Source: an uncultured Tissierellia bacterium (GTDB taxonomy: Bacteria; Bacillota; Clostridia; Tissierellales; Peptoniphilaceae). From it: DNA of 64,000 nucleotides. Location of the stretch: assembly GCA_902488465.1 (NCBI GenBank), contig CABTWE010000004.1:10654-74653 (forward strand). Direction: 5' to 3'. The stretch's first letter is position 1, and each line of letters starts with the position of its first letter. Below the pieces are notes generated by a model. It searched no databases, was not told the origin of the DNA, and worked only from the letters and a program-made list of their open reading frames with translations. Both the position numbers and the translations under genes were made by a program. Below are positions 59,917 through 64,000 of the stretch, in pieces.

Positions 59917-60264
59917 ATGATAGAATATTTTGAGTTGGGACGGCTTTATGATTTTTACAAAGAGCTGTTGACCGATCGACAAAGAGAAGCACTTGATCTA
60001 TATTACAATGACGATTTGACAATGATTGAAATTGCGGAAGAGCTTGGCATAAGCAAACAGGCGGTTTCAACAAATATCAAAAACGGAGTTTCAAATCTCG
60101 AGAAATTCGAAGAAAATCTGAAACTTGCGAGAAATTATTATATTATAGAAAGTGCAAAAGATAAACTTGAGAATTTATATAATAACTCTGTAAAGAAAAA
60201 AGATTTACCGACAGATGTTGAAGAAGAAATTTTTGCAATTCTAAGTATGCTCGATGAAATTTGA
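59917..60264 (+). CDS. ylxM: YlxM (UPF0122) HTH protein
   Basis: LYDFY..LLT..Q...LYY.DDL...EIAE....S.QAV; precedes ffh. Confidence 0.92.
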   Translation: MIEYFELGRLYDFYKELLTDRQREALDLYYNDDLTMIEIAEELGISKQAVSTNIKNGVSNLEKFEENLKLARNYYIIESAKDKLENLYNNSVKKKDLPTDVEEEIFAILSMLDEI

Positions 60265-60278
60265 TTAAAGGTGATTAT

Positions 60279-61610
60279 ATGTTTGAAAGTTTAAGTGAAA
60301 AAATACAATCCAGTCTCGCGAAGATTACCGGAAAGGGCAAGCTCAACGAAAAAGATGTCGATATGGTAATGCGAGAAGTAAAGATGGCACTTTTGGAGGC
60401 AGATGTAAACTTTAAAGTTGTTAAAAGTTTTACTAAAACTGTCAAAGAAAGAGCAATTGGAAAAGAGGTTATGGAAAGCCTCACACCGGCTCAACAAGTT
60501 ATAAAAATTGTTAATGAAGAGCTTACAAATATCATGGGCGGCAAGGAAGAAAAACTTGATTTTTCGAGAAAGCCGACAGTAATCATGATGTGCGGTCTTC
60601 AAGGTGCCGGTAAAACTACAACCACAGCAAAGCTAGCAGGGCTTTTAAAGAAGGATAACAAGAGACCGCTTTTGGTCGGTGTTGACATCTATAGACCTGC
60701 AGCAATTAAACAACTTCAAGTTGTAGGTGAACAAGTTGGTGCACCGGTTTTTGAAAGGGGAACACAAACTCCGTCAAAAACTGTTCTCGAAGCTTATGAA
60801 TATGCAAAGAGAGAAAACCACGACGTAATTTTGGTCGACACGGCAGGAAGACTTCACATTGATGAAACTTTGATGGACGAACTTAAAGATATTGAAAAAG
60901 CTGTGCCGGTGAGTGAAGTTTTACTCGTTCTCGACTCGATGACGGGACAAGATGCTGTAAATGTTGCAAAGACATTCGATGAAAGTTTATCGATTACGGG
61001 CGTTATTCTTACAAAGCTCGACGGTGACGCAAGAGGCGGTGCCGCACTAAGTATCAGATCGGTCGTTGACAAGCCGATAAAGTTTATCACAACAGGTGAA
61101 AAGCTTGACAAGATCGAGTCCTTTAAACCGGACAGACTTGCAGGAAGAATTCTCGGCATGGGCGATGTTTTGAGCTTGATTGAAAAAGCTGAAGCGGTTT
61201 ATGACCAAAAGAAAGCTGCTGAGCTTGAGCAAAAAATGCGTGATATGAGCTTTACATTTGACGATTTCCTCGAACAAATGGCGGCTCTAAAGAAGATGGG
61301 ACCGATAAAGGACATTCTAGGAATGATTCCGGGCATGAACAGCAAGGCACTTGGCAATATTGAAGTTGACGAAAAGCAAATGGGACACATTGAGGCGATA
61401 ATAAGAAGTATGACACCGATGGAAAGGATTAATCCTGACATCATAGATGCTTCGAGAAAAGACAGAATCGCAAATGGTTCCGGAACGTCACCTGTCGAAG
61501 TTCAAAAACTTTTGAAACAGTTTAAAGACACAAAGAAGATGATGAAGAAGTTCGGCAATATGACAAAGAAAAAGAAACCTGGCAAAATGGGATTTCCATT
61601 TTTTAAATAG
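60279..61610 (+). CDS. ffh: Signal recognition particle protein Ffh
   Basis: MFESLS, GLQGAGKTT, DTAGR, RILGMGD, M domain. Confidence 0.98.
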   Translation: MFESLSEKIQSSLAKITGKGKLNEKDVDMVMREVKMALLEADVNFKVVKSFTKTVKERAIGKEVMESLTPAQQVIKIVNEELTNIMGGKEEKLDFSRKPTVIMMCGLQGAGKTTTTAKLAGLLKKDNKRPLLVGVDIYRPAAIKQLQVVGEQVGAPVFERGTQTPSKTVLEAYEYAKRENHDVILVDTAGRLHIDETLMDELKDIEKAVPVSEVLLVLDSMTGQDAVNVAKTFDESLSITGVILTKLDGDARGGAALSIRSVVDKPIKFITTGEKLDKIESFKPDRLAGRILGMGDVLSLIEKAEAVYDQKKAAELEQKMRDMSFTFDDFLEQMAALKKMGPIKDILGMIPGMNSKALGNIEVDEKQMGHIEAIIRSMTPMERINPDIIDASRKDRIANGSGTSPVEVQKLLKQFKDTKKMMKKFGNMTKKKKPGKMGFPFFK

Positions 61611-61638
61611 GTAATAGATTTTTGAGGAGGTGAATGAT

Positions 61639-61938
61639 TTGGCAGTTAAAATCAGATTAAAGAGAATGGGTTCAAAGAAAAGACCATATTATAGAGTTGT
61701 TGTTGCAGACGCAAGAGCACCTAGAAACGGACGTTTTATTGAAGAAATCGGCTTTTACAATCCGGTAAGCGAACCAAAAGCTTGCAAGATTGATAAGGAA
61801 AGAGTTGAATATTGGATCGGCGTTGGTGCAAAACCGACAGACACAGTAAATTATCTCTTAAAAACTTATAATGTAAAGAGCGATAAGAAAGCAGAAAAGG
61901 CTCCAGAAGCAAAAGAAGCTGAAAAAACAGAAGAATAG
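61639..61938 (+). CDS. rpsP: 30S ribosomal protein S16 with K/E/A-rich tail
   Basis: [22 protein letters not shown] start at 61639 after GGAGGTG. Confidence 0.97.
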   Translation: MAVKIRLKRMGSKKRPYYRVVVADARAPRNGRFIEEIGFYNPVSEPKACKIDKERVEYWIGVGAKPTDTVNYLLKTYNVKSDKKAEKAPEAKEAEKTEE

Positions 61939-61945
61939 GTGAAAC

Positions 61946-62176
61946 ATGAAAGATTTATTGTATCATATTGTAAGTAATTTGGTTCAAAATACCGAAGCCA
62001 TTGAAATTACAGAAGAAGAAAAAGATAGAGAGATTACTTATTTTCTCAAAGTCGCAAATGAAGACTTGGGAAGAGTTATCGGCAAAAGAGGAAGAATTGC
62101 AAACAGTATCAGAACTATTGCACGTGCTTCCAAAAACGAATCCGGCAAAAATATTTTTGTGGAGATAGTCGATTAG
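61946..62176 (+). CDS. khpA: KH-domain RNA-binding protein KhpA
   Basis: DLGRVIGKRGRIANSIR. Confidence 0.93.
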   Translation: MKDLLYHIVSNLVQNTEAIEITEEEKDREITYFLKVANEDLGRVIGKRGRIANSIRTIARASKNESGKNIFVEIVD

Positions 62177-62682
62177 TGAATAATCTCAGAGAGGTTGGAA
62201 AAATAGCTTCACCTTTCGGTCTTAAAGGTGCTTTCAAAGTCATGCCGTCGGTCGACAAAAATGAACAGTTTTTTGAATTTACAGAAATGGTTATTTTTGG
62301 AATGAGCGATAGTTTTGAAATTGAAGACGTTTGGACCAAAAAGAAAAGCCTATATGTTAAACTAAGGGGACTCGATTCGATTGATGATATCGAAAAGAGA
62401 ATCGGTTATTCGATTTATGTTTCGAACGATGAATACGAAAACAGTTTGCAAGACGGAAGATTTTTTGTAAACGATTTGATTGGTATCAAAGTTTTTGTCG
62501 GCGAAAAAGAAATCGGCGAGGTGAAGGATGTTATAAATGGACCGGGACAAGACATATTTGTCATAACAAATGGCGAAGATGAAGCAATGGTTCCGTTTGT
62601 AAAAGCTTTTTTTGAAGATGTCGACACAAAGTCAAAGAGAGTTAATTTTAAACCTGTGGAAGGATTGATACCTTGGATATAA
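62176..62682 (+). CDS. rimM: Ribosome maturation factor RimM
   Basis: VGKIASPFGLKG, DLIG, VPFV. Confidence 0.93.
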   Translation: MNNLREVGKIASPFGLKGAFKVMPSVDKNEQFFEFTEMVIFGMSDSFEIEDVWTKKKSLYVKLRGLDSIDDIEKRIGYSIYVSNDEYENSLQDGRFFVNDLIGIKVFVGEKEIGEVKDVINGPGQDIFVITNGEDEAMVPFVKAFFEDVDTKSKRVNFKPVEGLIPWI

Positions 62683-63422
62683 ATATTTTGACAACATTTC
62701 CGTCGTTTACGGATTCCATAAAGGACTACTCGATGATTAAACGAGGGGTTGAGGCGGGAATTGTGAGTATTAATTCAGTCGATATACGTGCTTTTTCGAA
62801 TGATCCGAATCAGCGCACCGACGATTATCCATACGGTGGCGGAAACGGCATGCTTATGTGCTGTCAACCGATATATGACGCTCTTCGGTCGATTGAAAAT
62901 CCGGGAACGGTGATTTATATGTCGCCGCACGGAAAGACAATCAACCAGGAAGTCTTGAATGAACTTTCGAAACTTCCGGCAATGACAATACTTTGTGGAC
63001 ACTATGAAGGCGTCGACAGAAGAATTATTGACAATTATGTGAATCTCGAATTAAGTGTTGGGGATTATGTCCTGACAGGAGGGGAATTACCGGCGATGAT
63101 GCTCATTGATGGAGTATCAAGGTTGTTACCGGGACTTCTTAAATCGGAGGATTCTTATACCGAAGAATCTTTTTATCACGGTTTATTGGAGCATCCTCAA
63201 TATACGAGACCATATGATTTCAACGGATTCAAAGTACCGGATATACTTCTTTCCGGCAACCACAAGCTGGTCGATAAATATAATTTGATGGAAAGTATAA
63301 AACTTACAAAGAGATTGCGTCCCGATTTGATTGATGAATTGGACGCGGATAAATTTGAAGACAAAGAAATTAGAAATTTCATTATAAAAATGAAGGAAGG
63401 AGGATATGATGAACGTTATTAA
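62673..63422 (+). CDS. trmD: tRNA (guanine37-N1)-methyltransferase
   Basis: [33 protein letters not shown]. Confidence 0.97.
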   Translation: MDINILTTFPSFTDSIKDYSMIKRGVEAGIVSINSVDIRAFSNDPNQRTDDYPYGGGNGMLMCCQPIYDALRSIENPGTVIYMSPHGKTINQEVLNELSKLPAMTILCGHYEGVDRRIIDNYVNLELSVGDYVLTGGELPAMMLIDGVSRLLPGLLKSEDSYTEESFYHGLLEHPQYTRPYDFNGFKVPDILLSGNHKLVDKYNLMESIKLTKRLRPDLIDELDADKFEDKEIRNFIIKMKEGGYDERY

Positions 63423-63753
63423 TGCACTTAATCAAGAACAGTTAAAGAATGATATTCCTGAATTTAGAGTTGGAGACACTGTTAAAGTTCACTACAAAGT
63501 CGTTGAAGGTGAAAAAGAAAGAATCCAAGTTTATGAAGGTACAGTTATTAAACGCCAAGGCGGACAAGTTCAAGAAACATTTACTGTAAGAAGACTTTCT
63601 TATGGTGTAGGTGTAGAACGTACATTTCTCTTACACTCTCCAAGAATTGCAAAATTGGAAGTTGTAAGAAAAGGTCATGTACGTAGAGCTAAACTCTTCT
63701 ATTTAAGAGGCCGTCAAGGTAAAGCTGCTAAGGTTAAAGAAATCAAATTTTAA
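63409..63753 (+). CDS. rplS: 50S ribosomal protein L19
   Basis: [25 protein letters not shown]. Confidence 0.98.
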   Translation: MNVINALNQEQLKNDIPEFRVGDTVKVHYKVVEGEKERIQVYEGTVIKRQGGQVQETFTVRRLSYGVGVERTFLLHSPRIAKLEVVRKGHVRRAKLFYLRGRQGKAAKVKEIKF

Positions 63754-63757
63754 TTAT

Positions 63758-63799
63758 AAGGATGAGCCGAAGTATCTTTATGCATAGGTTCATCCTTTT
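63758..63799 (+). terminator. Intrinsic terminator after rplS
   Basis: AAGGATGAGCC/GGTTCATCCTT followed by TT. Confidence 0.7.
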
Positions 63800-63835
63800 A
63801 ATATACTTATTTTTATTTTGCTGAAGGAGGCATTT

Positions 63836-64000
63836 ATGAGTTGGTATCCCGGCCATATGAAAAAGGCATTGGACGAAATTAAAGAAAAGATTAAACTGGT
63901 TGATGTAGTCGTTGAAGTTATTGATGCGAGAATGCCTTATAGCACAAAGAATCCTTATGTCGCAAAAATTGCGGAAAATAAGGAACATATTTTACTTATG
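63836..64000 (+). CDS. rbgA: Ribosome biogenesis GTPase RbgA/YlqF (5' partial, absent from the ORF track)
   Basis: Manual translation MSWYPGHMKKA...EVIDARMPYSTKNP; AAGGAGG SD. Confidence 0.93.
   Translation, partial: MSWYPGHMKKALDEIKEKIKLVDVVVEVIDARMPYSTKNPYVAKIAENKEHILLM

Noticed and set aside
63380..63408. L19 leader RNA
   Set aside because: rplS overlaps trmD, so there is no intergenic leader
1..64000. CRISPR arrays, tRNA/rRNA genes, parS or DnaA-box clusters, pseudogenes
   Set aside because: Intergenic gaps are short and AT-rich, no such patterns were seen by eye, and all recognised genes appear full length; a covariance-model scan would be needed to exclude small RNAs

Overview
Core chromosomal segment of a low-GC, probably anaerobic and non-sporulating Firmicute (Clostridia/Tissierellia-like gene order; the taxon is an inference). 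It holds about 63 complete CDS plus two partial ones at the edges, nearly all on the + strand. In order: queG, an EF-G2 paralogue, a UvrD-like helicase, hemZ-aspS-tcdA-rseC, glyA, der-plsY-gpsA, yggS-sepF-ylmH-lspA-rluD, rqcH, gmk-rpoZ-coaBC-priA-def-fmt-rsmB-rlmN-stp1-pknB-rsgA-rpe-thiN, rpmB, asp23-fakA-recG-rsmD-coaD, a 10 kb accessory block (oligopeptide/nickel-type ABC importer, then a two-component system with a MacB/FtsX-type ABC exporter), tmcAL, ackA-rpmF-plsX-acpP-smc, an orphan small gene, and ftsY-ylxM-ffh-rpsP-khpA-rimM-trmD-rplS-rbgA (partial). I found no rRNA, tRNA, CRISPR array, IS or prophage, and no multi-gene novel system is evident. The most interesting signals are finer-scale: a strong CCGG excess with CCAG/CTGG depletion, an inverted TTGACA operator at the ylxM promoter, a 32-aa pure Asp/Tyr tract in PknB, phased operator arrays before the ABC operons and EF-G2, and an orphan hydrophilic gene with a SigB-like promoter. 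All gene calls come from motif recognition and synteny, without database searches. All counts are hand tallies.
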